Part shown: piece by piece, positions 8,013 to 17,559 of the stretch
Layout of the letters: each line of letters opens with the position of its first letter
Position numbering within the stretch: position 1 is the stretch's first letter
Virus record (IMG/VR): IMGVR_UViG_3300028581_000012
Source of the DNA: a virus
Strand: one strand, 5' to 3'
Length of the DNA: 64,000 nt
The notes under the pieces: model-generated
Database searches by the model: none
The model's input: the letters and a program-made list of their open reading frames with translations, nothing else
Told to the model about the DNA's origin: nothing
Translations under genes and position numbers: made by a program

Positions 8013-10837
8013 TCAAAACTAAGAGCCATTAAATCACCTTCAGCATCAAACTCATAGTATTCATCTTGGTCTACTTTGTCGTTTTTACTAACAAACTCAT
8101 CCATCATTTTTCTATTTTTTGAAACCCATTGTGTATCAACTAAATCTAACGTGTTTTCAATATACATATAATACGGGTCAATCCCAACACTTTTCCAAAA
8201 AGTTAATTCCATATCGGATAGAGTCAAAACCTCCTCTAAAGTATCTTGATGAGCCTCTTTCATTGGGTAACCCCTTACAAGTTCTGTTTGTGTTTTTGTA
8301 AATATGGGTCTATCTTTAGGGTCCTCAATTAAAATGTCTTCTCTGATTTCAGGGTTATACACAACAAGTAATGGTTCAATTCTTTTATTGAATGCTGCCA
8401 TATATCTTGCAACATTATAATCTCCTAATAAATCAGGATTTTTTTCAATGTCCTCTTCATTAATTAAATAACAATTTAAAACAAGTTCATCTTTTTTCTT
8501 TTGAACATCACCGTGTGATTTTTTTTCACCATTATTAACATAATAGATAGTGTCACCAAGACCAGGACTTTTATTTTCTTTAATCAAAAGTTCCATATGA
8601 GCTTGTCTTGACATCATATTACCGGCCCTTGTAGTTTTTGTTATGTGAACTTTATAATCATCAATAGATTGTTTAACTCGAGCCTTGTTTGCAATTTTTG
8701 CTAAAGGAATTTGTTTGTTATACAACTTATCAACATACTCATAGTAGAAATCTAAAAACTCACCACCTTTACCATCTAATAACAATCGAAGTCCTTTATC
8801 CAAAAATTCAGCAACATATGTTTGAAGTTTTTTAGATTTAATTGTATTTCCTGTAAGTTTTACTTTTCCTTTATCAGTAAGAAGTGCGTAGTTTTTTCGA
8901 GCCACATTAATCGTTGAAGACCAAACCCCATCAATGTCTAATCCCATTTCACCTCGTAAGAATAAATCATTGTATTCTGCAACATCAGCTTCAGCGCCAA
9001 CATATTCTTTATTTTCTTTAACCAATCCGTTAAGACCTTTACCGATGTATTTGTATTCATCACGGTCTGATGGAGTTTCAAAGTTAACACCATCCGTATC
9101 CATTACAAGGGGAACATATCCTCTTTGCATAAAAAACATAATCATCTGACGAAGATATTGTCTTCCTGTACAAGTAATCTGTTCACCCATATCAATGTCA
9201 CCCCACGGAAATACTTGAGGTGCTGATAATGAACCAAAGAATGCGTTGATAAAGATTTTAATTGGTAATTGTTTTCTGTCGTATGAAATTGCTAACTTTG
9301 GGTCTATTGTTTTATATTCACTCGCCAAGTTCTTATATTTAATACGAGTATCACGAAAATACTTTAACATACTTTTCATCGCACCTGTAACATCACAAGC
9401 AGGAAACACGTCGTGAACCAACTGAATAGATGGGTATAGTGAAGAGTAGTCAAGTTTTAATACATTTTTAGAGAACCCAACTTGAACCAAACGAGAAAGA
9501 CCACCTGTAAACTTTCTTTTTTCTAACTTTTTTGGAAGTGCCAAATTATGTTTGTATGACCAAGAGGCCATAATCATTTTCCATAATGTTGCGGTCCCCA
9601 TAGTTGAAAGTCTTTCATATGTTGTTGGTACAAGTTTGGACAACAAAAAGTTTGCTTGATTAAACTGCTCATCAACAATCATTGTTTCATAAAGGTCATC
9701 ATCCAAGTAGTCTTCAATAATCTTTGAACCTGTAACTAATTTATAAACATCATCACGTCTACCGCATATTTCATCAATTTTAGAATCTAAACCAACTTTT
9801 TTGTATGCTCCATTTTCTTTATTCATCCAAAACTCTTCGTTTTCGAAATATATTTTACCAATCTTATCACCTTCCACATAAACACGATTTGGTTTTTCTG
9901 CTTCAATAAACTTTGTAATATACTTCAAAGACCAACTCTTAATGTCTGAGTTAATTGCTTGTGCTCTACGAACAGCATGTGCTATATCCACAATGTTATA
10001 TCCCCACATCTGAGTTTGAACATATGGTTCCATTTCGTTTGCTAACTTCAAGATACCATCTTTTTGTTTTAAACTATAATCGGGATGTAAGGTTTTACAT
10101 ATTTTTTTGATATTAACTTTTAAAATTTCTGCACGTTTTAAAATAAATGGGAAGTCAAAGAATGCCGAGTTGTAACCACCAACTAAAGATGGTTTTAAAT
10201 CGTCTATTGTTTTAAAAAAATCAATAATCATTTGTCTTTCTGCATCTTCATTTTGTGCCGATAATAGTTTTATAAAACCACGATTATCTTTCATTCCAAT
10301 CAAGAATATCTTACTTGTTTTGGGGTCAAGACCTGTGGTCTCAATATCGAATACAAATCTGTGAATTTCATCGTATTCTTCAAATCCTTTAAAAAGTCTT
10401 TTGTTTTTTTGAACCAAGTATTGTTCAACGGGTGAAAGTATTTGTATGGAGTCAGTATTATCTCTACCCCACGGGTCTAAACCTCCACCTTTAAAAAAGT
10501 TTACAAGGTTCGAATATGTTTTTGTTGTTTTAACAATATACTTGAGTCCGTTTTCTAAACGTTCATCTCCGTGAGTGTCTAATTTTTCAATGATAATACC
10601 ATTTTCACTCATTGCACGTTTTTGTGCATGTTTATCACTTTTATAAAAGTTTTTACCTTTCAAATCACCAACCCAAGCAAATGGAATGAATGTGTCAGGA
10701 CGTAACAATTTACCCTTTACAGGGTCCTGAATTATTTTATAAATTTTTGATGTTTTGTAATCGTATTCTAAAGATACTATATATTTTTCTTCGTCTTCGC
10801 CTAATAAAAAGCGTTCAATTTCTTCTTGTGGGACCAT
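8009..10837 (-). CDS. Family B DNA polymerase
   Basis: Exo I FDIETTG, Exo II YNSAFFD, motif A DYSSLYPSI, motif B K...NAFFG, motif C MDTDG. Confidence 0.96.
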   Translation of the reverse strand: MVPQEEIERFLLGEDEEKYIVSLEYDYKTSKIYKIIQDPVKGKLLRPDTFIPFAWVGDLKGKNFYKSDKHAQKRAMSENGIIIEKLDTHGDERLENGLKYIVKTTKTYSNLVNFFKGGGLDPWGRDNTDSIQILSPVEQYLVQKNKRLFKGFEEYDEIHRFVFDIETTGLDPKTSKIFLIGMKDNRGFIKLLSAQNEDAERQMIIDFFKTIDDLKPSLVGGYNSAFFDFPFILKRAEILKVNIKKICKTLHPDYSLKQKDGILKLANEMEPYVQTQMWGYNIVDIAHAVRRAQAINSDIKSWSLKYITKFIEAEKPNRVYVEGDKIGKIYFENEEFWMNKENGAYKKVGLDSKIDEICGRRDDVYKLVTGSKIIEDYLDDDLYETMIVDEQFNQANFLLSKLVPTTYERLSTMGTATLWKMIMASWSYKHNLALPKKLEKRKFTGGLSRLVQVGFSKNVLKLDYSSLYPSIQLVHDVFPACDVTGAMKSMLKYFRDTRIKYKNLASEYKTIDPKLAISYDRKQLPIKIFINAFFGSLSAPQVFPWGDIDMGEQITCTGRQYLRQMIMFFMQRGYVPLVMDTDGVNFETPSDRDEYKYIGKGLNGLVKENKEYVGAEADVAEYNDLFLRGEMGLDIDGVWSSTINVARKNYALLTDKGKVKLTGNTIKSKKLQTYVAEFLDKGLRLLLDGKGGEFLDFYYEYVDKLYNKQIPLAKIANKARVKQSIDDYKVHITKTTRAGNMMSRQAHMELLIKENKSPGLGDTIYYVNNGEKKSHGDVQKKKDELVLNCYLINEEDIEKNPDLLGDYNVARYMAAFNKRIEPLLVVYNPEIREDILIEDPKDRPIFTKTQTELVRGYPMKEAHQDTLEEVLTLSDMELTFWKSVGIDPYYMYIENTLDLVDTQWVSKNRKMMDEFVSKNDKVDQDEYYEFDAEGDLMALSFD

Positions 10838-10867
10838 AATGTTTATATTTAAGTTTGGTGTATTAGC

Positions 10868-10885
10868 TGTTACATAGGTGTAACA
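10868..10885 (-). promoter_or_regulatory. Hairpin TGTTACA-N4-TGTAACA in the polymerase 5' leader
   Basis: Perfect 7-bp inverted repeat between promoter and start codon. Confidence 0.45.
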
Positions 10886-10898
10886 TTTACCTTAGTCT

Positions 10899-10930
10899 TA
10901 AATATAAGTGTAAAATCTACTCTTGTCAAA
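10899..10930 (-). promoter_or_regulatory. Bacteroidetes-type promoter TTTG-N20-TATATTTA for DNA polymerase
   Basis: Minus strand reads TTTGACAAGAG...TATATTTA with a 20-nt spacer. Confidence 0.6.
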
Positions 10931-11279
10931 TAATATTGATGTAAAGATTTTCTCTAATTGGTGTGATTAATTCTCCATTTTCCAATACAATTGAAAATTC
11001 ACCTATGAACCTACCTTTAATTTTTGTATCATTTGCATTCCACTTGTAGTATAGATAATATTCCCAAGGGGTGTCAGGATTATTTTTAAATTTTTCTACA
11101 ATGTATGCTTGATTCATAAATATTTTTTGAATTCCGTTGCCTTCATTTTTCATAGAAAACCTAATAATCGCATTGTCTAATATTTCTATAATATTTTTAT
11201 ATGAGTCACTTTTCCCATCAATGACAGGTTCCATTTTTAAAATGGGTAGTGTTGAGTTTTGATTTATAAAAAATTCCAT
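10926..11279 (-). CDS. Hypothetical virion protein (BppU N-domain-like)
   Basis: FFI.Q..T.P.L ... Y.W...DT...G.F.GEF pattern. Confidence 0.45.
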   Translation of the reverse strand: MEFFINQNSTLPILKMEPVIDGKSDSYKNIIEILDNAIIRFSMKNEGNGIQKIFMNQAYIVEKFKNNPDTPWEYYLYYKWNANDTKIKGRFIGEFSIVLENGELITPIRENLYINII

Positions 11280-11299
11280 TTTCTATTTAAAAATATTTT

Positions 11300-14005
11300 T
11301 TATGGACAAGTGGTTAAAACCGTTGTCACAATTCCATTAGATAAACTAATTAACACATAACTTCCTGAGTTTTGTACAATATACCATCCACTAAATGTGT
11401 AGTAATTACAAGTGGTTGCGTTTCCATAAAATACTGTGCCAACTTGTACTAATGGTGTGTCTATGTAGTTTGGGGAAAAACCACCAGTCGGGGAGCATGT
11501 TGATGCCTGTAAACAAGCAAGACCATTACATGCTGCAGAGTAATCGTTGGTTATAGATACGAAGCTAACACCGAATATTATATTAGAAGATAAGTATGGG
11601 TGAGTTGTTAAACAAGGTACTGGTGTTGGTGGTGGAGGACATAAATTACAATCACCACCTTGACCATAAACTTGACCGTTCCATGTTATAGTTGAAGGAC
11701 TCGCGGTTGGTCCTCCGACAATATAACATTCCCCATTTGTTGCCCCAACAACGTAGTAGTTATCCAAATTCTGATATTGCGAAGGAATTGATATTACTTC
11801 TGCTGCAAATTCACCACCACAAGGAAACGCCATCGCCGTAATATATGCGGGTGTAGGGCTCGGTGTTGGTGTAGGTGTTGGTGTAGGTGTCGGAGTAGGT
11901 GTTGGTGTAGGGCTCGGTGTTGGTGTAGGTGTAGGTAAAGGTAAAGATAAACAATTCGGACACCAATAATCAAATAAATTAAATTGGTCTTTTAATATTC
12001 TAAAATTATGTTGGACTTGAGGGCTAGAAAAAGGTTCTGTATACATTCTAAATTGTGAAATACCACCCATAAAAGAGCCTCCAAAATTTTGTTCAACAAG
12101 TATATCGGTGGTCAATGAATTATAAGTTGACGCTGATAATATTTCGTTTGGAAACGCTTCGGGGTCTTGTTGGTAAGGTCCATTTAAAGGAATACTATTT
12201 CCACTAAAAGTTAAAGTATTAGCACTTGAAGAAATGTTAAAAGTTGGAGTAGTACCGGGTTGTGTACTTATAGTTCCAGATTGATTAGTCAGACCTGTTA
12301 AACTTACTGACGAACCATTACACGAAATATATGATAAAGTTGTAACTCCACTACCAACTGACCATCCCCAATCAGCGCATTCTTTGAAAATTAAATTATC
12401 GTGAAGACCCTGACTACCTCCACCCCAAGAAATGTTAAAAGGAACACCTATTTGTTTTTCTTTTTCACAGTTTAATTCACGAGGTATTATTTCTTCAAAA
12501 TTTTCAATTACCGTAAATAAGTAACCATTTATATATAATTTTAATCTACCGAGTCTATACCAAGTATCATCAAACCATTTACGGTCAAAAATAATTCTAT
12601 AAACTTTATTTTCTTTTGTATCTCCCGAATGAGTTTCAGGTGGCATTATTAAATTATATGAAGTTCCATTTAATATTGATTGATAAGTAACTTCTCTAAT
12701 ATCACCAAGACCTCCAAGATTCAATAAGTCGCATTCTTCTATTGTTGTATACCTTTCAAATACAGCAGTAACCATAACCCATCTATCTTCAGTGATTGTT
12801 CCACATACATAATCACATATATCATAAATTGGTGGTGTGCAAACTTCAGTTATCGTATAACCTGTTTGAAAAGTCACCCCTGTAGTTTCACATACTCCTG
12901 TGGTAACACAGTCTCCTGTGATTTTTATGTATTTTACACATAAACTTGGATTTAAAGGGCAACCGCTAAATCTCATAGAAAGTGCGTTTGATAATACATC
13001 AAATTTTGGGTCCAACGGAGGATTCGGTATTTCTTCGGTACAAGCTCCACCGCAATTACAACCAATATTATGGTAGGCAGTTGTAGAACTCATAGGGTAT
13101 AAATTTACACAGTTAGCGTTTGTATATCCGGTTTCGTAACAAGTACAACTACTTAAACTTGTAAATCCTGATGTTACACGAGTATATCCTGAATCTGATT
13201 CTGGACTTCCACCGGCATAATGATAATATTTGTTTTCTGCTCTTGTACCAAAGTAGAAAAAAGTACCGGCATTATTTGGATATTTAGTGTTTAAATATTC
13301 TTGAGTTGAAGTGTCAATAGAATAAAGGTCGATGTTTCTTGGTTTAATCAAAGTTTCCATTGTCCACCCTTTATTTAGTCTTTCTGGAAAAACTTCATAG
13401 TCATAACCGAATAATTTGTAAAAACCTTGATAAAATCCTCCATATAGTTGTTGGTGATATCCCGCAACCAAATCTACTACGGAAACTATATTATACATAG
13501 ATTGTTTTGGTCTACCATTAAATACAATATTTGGTGAGTTAGTGTAACCTGTGACCATATGCATTTTCATTCTTCTATCGTAGTAGTATGGGTTAAATTT
13601 AAAGTCGTTTCTTATACCCATTGTATAATTCAATGTTTGACCAGTTAAAAGGGTAAATAGTCCGTTGTCAGTTGCTGTCAAACCAACATCACAAGTACCT
13701 GTGAAAGCAGAAATACAATCCAAATCTACATTATTTGGGTTGTAATAATTTTTGGAAACTAATGTTGCACTACTATAAAAATTATTAAATAACATAGATA
13801 CTTGAGGACAGGTGTCGGGATTAGATAAATCATATATAATCGGTAACCTATTGCCGTCATTAATTGCTATCAAATCATCTGAAAAAACTACCTCCTCGTC
13901 GTAGTCTTTTTCATCCCCAACGAGAGTAAAATCAAAATAATTCCCAAAATTTAATTTTTGCGAATATTTTGGCGTAAAATATGAATTAATACTTTGACTT
14001 GGCAT
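11300..14005 (-). CDS. Large Cys-rich virion protein with LamG/concanavalin-like domain and Pro-Thr linker
   Basis: WTMETLIK...LKLYING...F.GGISQFRMY...V.HNF is LamG-like; PT repeat; late motif upstream. Confidence 0.6.
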   Translation of the reverse strand: MPSQSINSYFTPKYSQKLNFGNYFDFTLVGDEKDYDEEVVFSDDLIAINDGNRLPIIYDLSNPDTCPQVSMLFNNFYSSATLVSKNYYNPNNVDLDCISAFTGTCDVGLTATDNGLFTLLTGQTLNYTMGIRNDFKFNPYYYDRRMKMHMVTGYTNSPNIVFNGRPKQSMYNIVSVVDLVAGYHQQLYGGFYQGFYKLFGYDYEVFPERLNKGWTMETLIKPRNIDLYSIDTSTQEYLNTKYPNNAGTFFYFGTRAENKYYHYAGGSPESDSGYTRVTSGFTSLSSCTCYETGYTNANCVNLYPMSSTTAYHNIGCNCGGACTEEIPNPPLDPKFDVLSNALSMRFSGCPLNPSLCVKYIKITGDCVTTGVCETTGVTFQTGYTITEVCTPPIYDICDYVCGTITEDRWVMVTAVFERYTTIEECDLLNLGGLGDIREVTYQSILNGTSYNLIMPPETHSGDTKENKVYRIIFDRKWFDDTWYRLGRLKLYINGYLFTVIENFEEIIPRELNCEKEKQIGVPFNISWGGGSQGLHDNLIFKECADWGWSVGSGVTTLSYISCNGSSVSLTGLTNQSGTISTQPGTTPTFNISSSANTLTFSGNSIPLNGPYQQDPEAFPNEILSASTYNSLTTDILVEQNFGGSFMGGISQFRMYTEPFSSPQVQHNFRILKDQFNLFDYWCPNCLSLPLPTPTPTPSPTPTPTPTPTPTPTPTPSPTPAYITAMAFPCGGEFAAEVISIPSQYQNLDNYYVVGATNGECYIVGGPTASPSTITWNGQVYGQGGDCNLCPPPPTPVPCLTTHPYLSSNIIFGVSFVSITNDYSAACNGLACLQASTCSPTGGFSPNYIDTPLVQVGTVFYGNATTCNYYTFSGWYIVQNSGSYVLISLSNGIVTTVLTTCP
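11849..11935 (-). repeat. Pro-Thr/Ser hexanucleotide tandem repeat (mucin-like linker)
   Basis: Encodes PTPTPTPSPTPTPTPTPTPTPTPTPSPTP. Confidence 0.9.
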
Positions 14006-14012
14006 TTTTATT

Positions 14013-14041
14013 TATAAATACTTTAAACGAAGATATTTATA
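14013..14041. promoter_or_regulatory. Back-to-back late motifs TATTTATA (minus 14013-14020; plus 14034-14041)
   Basis: One copy oriented toward each divergent gene. Confidence 0.65.
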
Positions 14042-14054
14042 TAAAAAGTATTAA

Positions 14055-14780
14055 ATGAAGACCTATAAATATTCTACAAAAGAAAGAGCTGAAAGGGTTG
14101 CAAAAACAATTAATTGTACCGGCTCACACCAACATACTGAAAAAGGTAAGAAAATTTACATGCCGTGTAAGAGCCATGAAATATTTTTGAAAAAGACAAA
14201 AAACACCGAAGGTGAAGTGACCGAACTTGTAGATTATGATGGAACGTGGGAAACTTCTTCAGTTCCAATATTAAATCCTGCAACTACTGGAACTAAAAAT
14301 AATCCAACAATTACCGATAAAATTGTCTTTATGAGTAAAAACCCAAGAGACCCATTATTAAGAGGTTGGTATGGATACTATGGTGAAGGTCACGTTAAAG
14401 AAATTGATATGTCTAAAGCGTTTGGGTTTGAGGATACTAAATTTATGGATGCAGAAGAAACAGAAAAGTTTTATAAAAAAGAACTTAAGTTGAAACCTCA
14501 AAATGCAAAAATAAGAACACTAGACCAAGGTAAAAAGAAAGGTTTGGACAAAAAAACTCCACCTAGTATTAAAAAGAAAAAAGGATTTATTGATAGGGAA
14601 ATATTAAAAGAACTTGAAACCGATGAATTATATGAAGATATGTTGTTCAACAAAGACAAAAAAACGGATGATGGTGTTATTGGGGATTTAATTAAAAAAA
14701 ATGTTAGAGCGTTAAAAAAAATGGCGAGTGATAATAATGTATCCATTCAAGAATTAATTTATATGTTAAAAGATGAATAG
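14055..14780 (+). CDS. Hypothetical protein with N-terminal DUF3721-like Cys/His motif
   Basis: Y.T.E.AE..A....C.G.H.H......YMPC..H pattern recognised from memory. Confidence 0.5.
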   Translation: MKTYKYSTKERAERVAKTINCTGSHQHTEKGKKIYMPCKSHEIFLKKTKNTEGEVTELVDYDGTWETSSVPILNPATTGTKNNPTITDKIVFMSKNPRDPLLRGWYGYYGEGHVKEIDMSKAFGFEDTKFMDAEETEKFYKKELKLKPQNAKIRTLDQGKKKGLDKKTPPSIKKKKGFIDREILKELETDELYEDMLFNKDKKTDDGVIGDLIKKNVRALKKMASDNNVSIQELIYMLKDE

Positions 14781-15237
14781 TTCATTATACGATAGAAAAG
14801 CCGTTATACCCGACACATTATTGAAACATTTAGAACAATGTTTTAGTTCTTCTAATGGTAATGAAAACACTGAAGGGTATAAAAGAAATAAAGAATTAAG
14901 AGATTCAAAAGTTGCAACATACCAACAAATAAAAAGAATTAAAAGTTGGTTTGATAACTTTAATGGAAATAAAGAAGATGCACCATTCATTTTAAACGGG
15001 GGTGATAGAATGAAAAATTGGTGTGATGAGGTTTTAAATACTTGGAGAAATAATGTTGAGGGTGGAAAAAAAATAAAAAGTGATACAGGAATGCAAAATC
15101 AATTTTTAGATACTCACGAAAAAAATGGAGTTAATATTTCACCTAACAAAAGACACGAAAAAGGAATAAACAAATTTGACACCTCAATAAAAGAAGAAGT
15201 TGAAAAAATAAACTATTTAATTAAAAAAATATTATAA
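14773..15237 (+). CDS. Hypothetical protein
   Basis: ORF track; overlaps flanking genes in an operon. Confidence 0.7.
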   Translation: MNSSLYDRKAVIPDTLLKHLEQCFSSSNGNENTEGYKRNKELRDSKVATYQQIKRIKSWFDNFNGNKEDAPFILNGGDRMKNWCDEVLNTWRNNVEGGKKIKSDTGMQNQFLDTHEKNGVNISPNKRHEKGINKFDTSIKEEVEKINYLIKKIL

Positions 15238-15530
15238 TGGCAGTTCAATCAGATAAATTAGATTTTTCGCAACCAGACAATACATTGTCTAAAATTGCAG
15301 AAGAACAAAGAAAAAAGATGTTTGCAAGAAACGACTTTAAAGAAGTTAACCCGTATTCATCTGTAAATCCTGCAGCGTTGGCTGATGGTGATGGTAAAGG
15401 AAGAGGTACTGGTGGTGATTTAGATATATATAATCAAAACGCAGGAACAATTACCGACAGATTTGAAAGAAAAGATGATTTAAAAGTTAATAAATTTTCA
15501 CCACAAAATCCTTACTACACAGTAACATGA
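15237..15530 (+). CDS. Hypothetical protein
   Basis: ORF track; translational coupling. Confidence 0.7.
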   Translation: MAVQSDKLDFSQPDNTLSKIAEEQRKKMFARNDFKEVNPYSSVNPAALADGDGKGRGTGGDLDIYNQNAGTITDRFERKDDLKVNKFSPQNPYYTVT

Positions 15531-15916
15531 AACTAGTCAATAATCTTAGTCAATTGATTACAGAGATTGCGGCAATTTCTGATATGACGGATTCTATTAA
15601 AAAAAGAAACGTAGTATCAATTTATTACGACGGTAAAGACAATGGAGGTAAGGGATATAGAGTTATAGAACCCGTTTGTCTTGGGTTTTCAAAAAGAGAC
15701 AATATGGTATTAAGAGCGTGGGAAAGAGAAGGTTCATCCTATAGTGCGAAAAACGATGGTAATTTCTTACCAGGATGGAGGTTATTTAGAGTTGATAAAA
15801 TCTTTACATATAAACCAACCTTTGATAAGTTTGATACAGTAAGACCTAACTACAACCCAACAGGGGATAAATCAATGATTAGAGTTTTAGTTAACGCTAA
15901 ATTTGATAACGAATAA
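15527..15916 (+). CDS. Stand-alone WYL-domain protein
   Basis: V.I.Y......R.IEP..L.......L.AW.......WRLFRVDKI. Confidence 0.8.
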   Translation: MKLVNNLSQLITEIAAISDMTDSIKKRNVVSIYYDGKDNGGKGYRVIEPVCLGFSKRDNMVLRAWEREGSSYSAKNDGNFLPGWRLFRVDKIFTYKPTFDKFDTVRPNYNPTGDKSMIRVLVNAKFDNE

Positions 15917-15932
15917 AAAAAATTAAAATATT

Positions 15933-16574
15933 ATGTCAGCAGCTGAAGATTTAATGCAAAGATTGGCAGTATCCAAAAAAATTATGGATAGACAAAGCTC
16001 AATCAAAAGAGGTGATTTACCACAACATATTAATACAACACCGATGCTTGAAAGTTTTGAAACACCTCAAGCAACTTATAATTTACCACAAGAGTTTTTG
16101 TCTGAACAACCACAATCACAACCAAGGTCAAATTTTGACCCAACTAAACCAATTGAACAAACAAAAATTTTGAATTCAAAACTACCCGATGAAATTAAAA
16201 AATTAATGATTGAACAACCAATTGTTCAACCAAACTCAATGGGCAGTACCACAATTTCAAATGATATCATAGAAGGTGCCCAAAGACTTATGAAAATGGA
16301 TAAACCAAATATGGTACAAGATAATGTAACATCACAACCTAAAACACAACAAAAACAACAACAACAAACAACAAATACTTCATTCAATATGAATGAAATG
16401 AAAACAATGATTAGAGATGTTATTAGAGATACGGTTAGAGATGTTATTAGAGAAGAATTACAAGAGGCGGGTATTTTAAGTGAGTCAACTGAAAACGCAA
16501 ATGAAGTAATACAATTTAAAGTTGGTAAACATATTTTTATGGGTAGAGTTACCAAAATTCAAAAACTTAAATAA
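15933..16574 (+). CDS. Hypothetical protein (Gln/Pro-rich)
   Basis: ORF track. Confidence 0.7.
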   Translation: MSAAEDLMQRLAVSKKIMDRQSSIKRGDLPQHINTTPMLESFETPQATYNLPQEFLSEQPQSQPRSNFDPTKPIEQTKILNSKLPDEIKKLMIEQPIVQPNSMGSTTISNDIIEGAQRLMKMDKPNMVQDNVTSQPKTQQKQQQQTTNTSFNMNEMKTMIRDVIRDTVRDVIREELQEAGILSESTENANEVIQFKVGKHIFMGRVTKIQKLK

Positions 16575-16593
16575 TTTAAAAAGATTAATAATT

Positions 16594-16623
16594 AAATCCA
16601 CCTCAAAAGGGTGGATTTTTTAT
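16594..16623 (+). terminator. Intrinsic terminator
   Basis: AAATCCACC-N7-GGTGGATTT followed by a T-tract. Confidence 0.8.
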
Positions 16624-16701
16624 TGTAATAATTTACCATTTGATAGAACAGGACTATTTATGATTATTAAAGTGAAATAAAACATTCAAGAAAACAAAAG
16701 C

Positions 16702-17559
16702 ATGGGAAATAAAATAAATTTAGACGAAAAAAAAGTTTTACAAGAATATATTAGTGGAAAAAGCTCATTGGTGTTGTCATCAGAGTTTGGGGTTTCTAAA
16801 CCAACAATTTTAAAAATATTAAAAAAACACAATGTAACAAGAAAACGAGATAGGTGTAATAGTTTAAATATTATTAAAAAAGATGAGTTTTATATTGTTG
16901 AAAGAGTTTGTCCTAGTTGTAAGAAAACTATTTTAACTAAGTCAAAAAATAAAACAATCGCATGTAGAAATCATTTCAATAAAATTGAAAAAAATATAGA
17001 ATGTAAAAAATGTTCACTTGAATCCCAAATCGGAACAGGTAACCCGTTTTATGGAAAGAAACACACAAAAAAAACAAAAAAAGAAATTTCTAAAAGTAGA
17101 AAGGGTAAGGGAATGGGGAAAAACAATTCTATGGCAAAATTAGAAAACAGAGAAAAATTAAAAGAAATATTACTAAAAAGAATAGAAATTAATCCTATAA
17201 ATTTTAATAGTAGGTCAAAAAGTGAAATAGAAATATTTGAAAAAATAAAAAAACAATTTACTAATACAAAACATAGTAAAGTTTTAAGGCCATATATTTG
17301 TGATATTTTTATTCCTGAATTAAATTTAATTATAGAATATAATGGCGACTATTGGCATTGTAACCCTAATAAGTATAATTTTGATTATTATCATGAATTA
17401 AAAAAAATGTCCGCAGAAGAAATATGGAATTATGACAAAAAGAAAATTGATTTAATAAAAAGTAATGGTTATAATTTAGAAGTGATTTGGGAAACGGAAT
17501 ACAACAAAAACCCAAAATTAATAAATAAAATTATAAAAAAATATGTCAAAAAAAATTAA
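16702..17559 (+). CDS. Free-standing homing endonuclease (HTH + Zn motif + NUMOD3 + Vsr-like PD-(D/E)xK domain)
   Basis: GNPFYGKKHT.KTK..IS (NUMOD3); DIFIPELNLIIEYNGDYWH...D..K......GYNL.VIWE. Confidence 0.85.
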   Translation: MGNKINLDEKKVLQEYISGKSSLVLSSEFGVSKPTILKILKKHNVTRKRDRCNSLNIIKKDEFYIVERVCPSCKKTILTKSKNKTIACRNHFNKIEKNIECKKCSLESQIGTGNPFYGKKHTKKTKKEISKSRKGKGMGKNNSMAKLENREKLKEILLKRIEINPINFNSRSKSEIEIFEKIKKQFTNTKHSKVLRPYICDIFIPELNLIIEYNGDYWHCNPNKYNFDYYHELKKMSAEEIWNYDKKKIDLIKSNGYNLEVIWETEYNKNPKLINKIIKKYVKKN

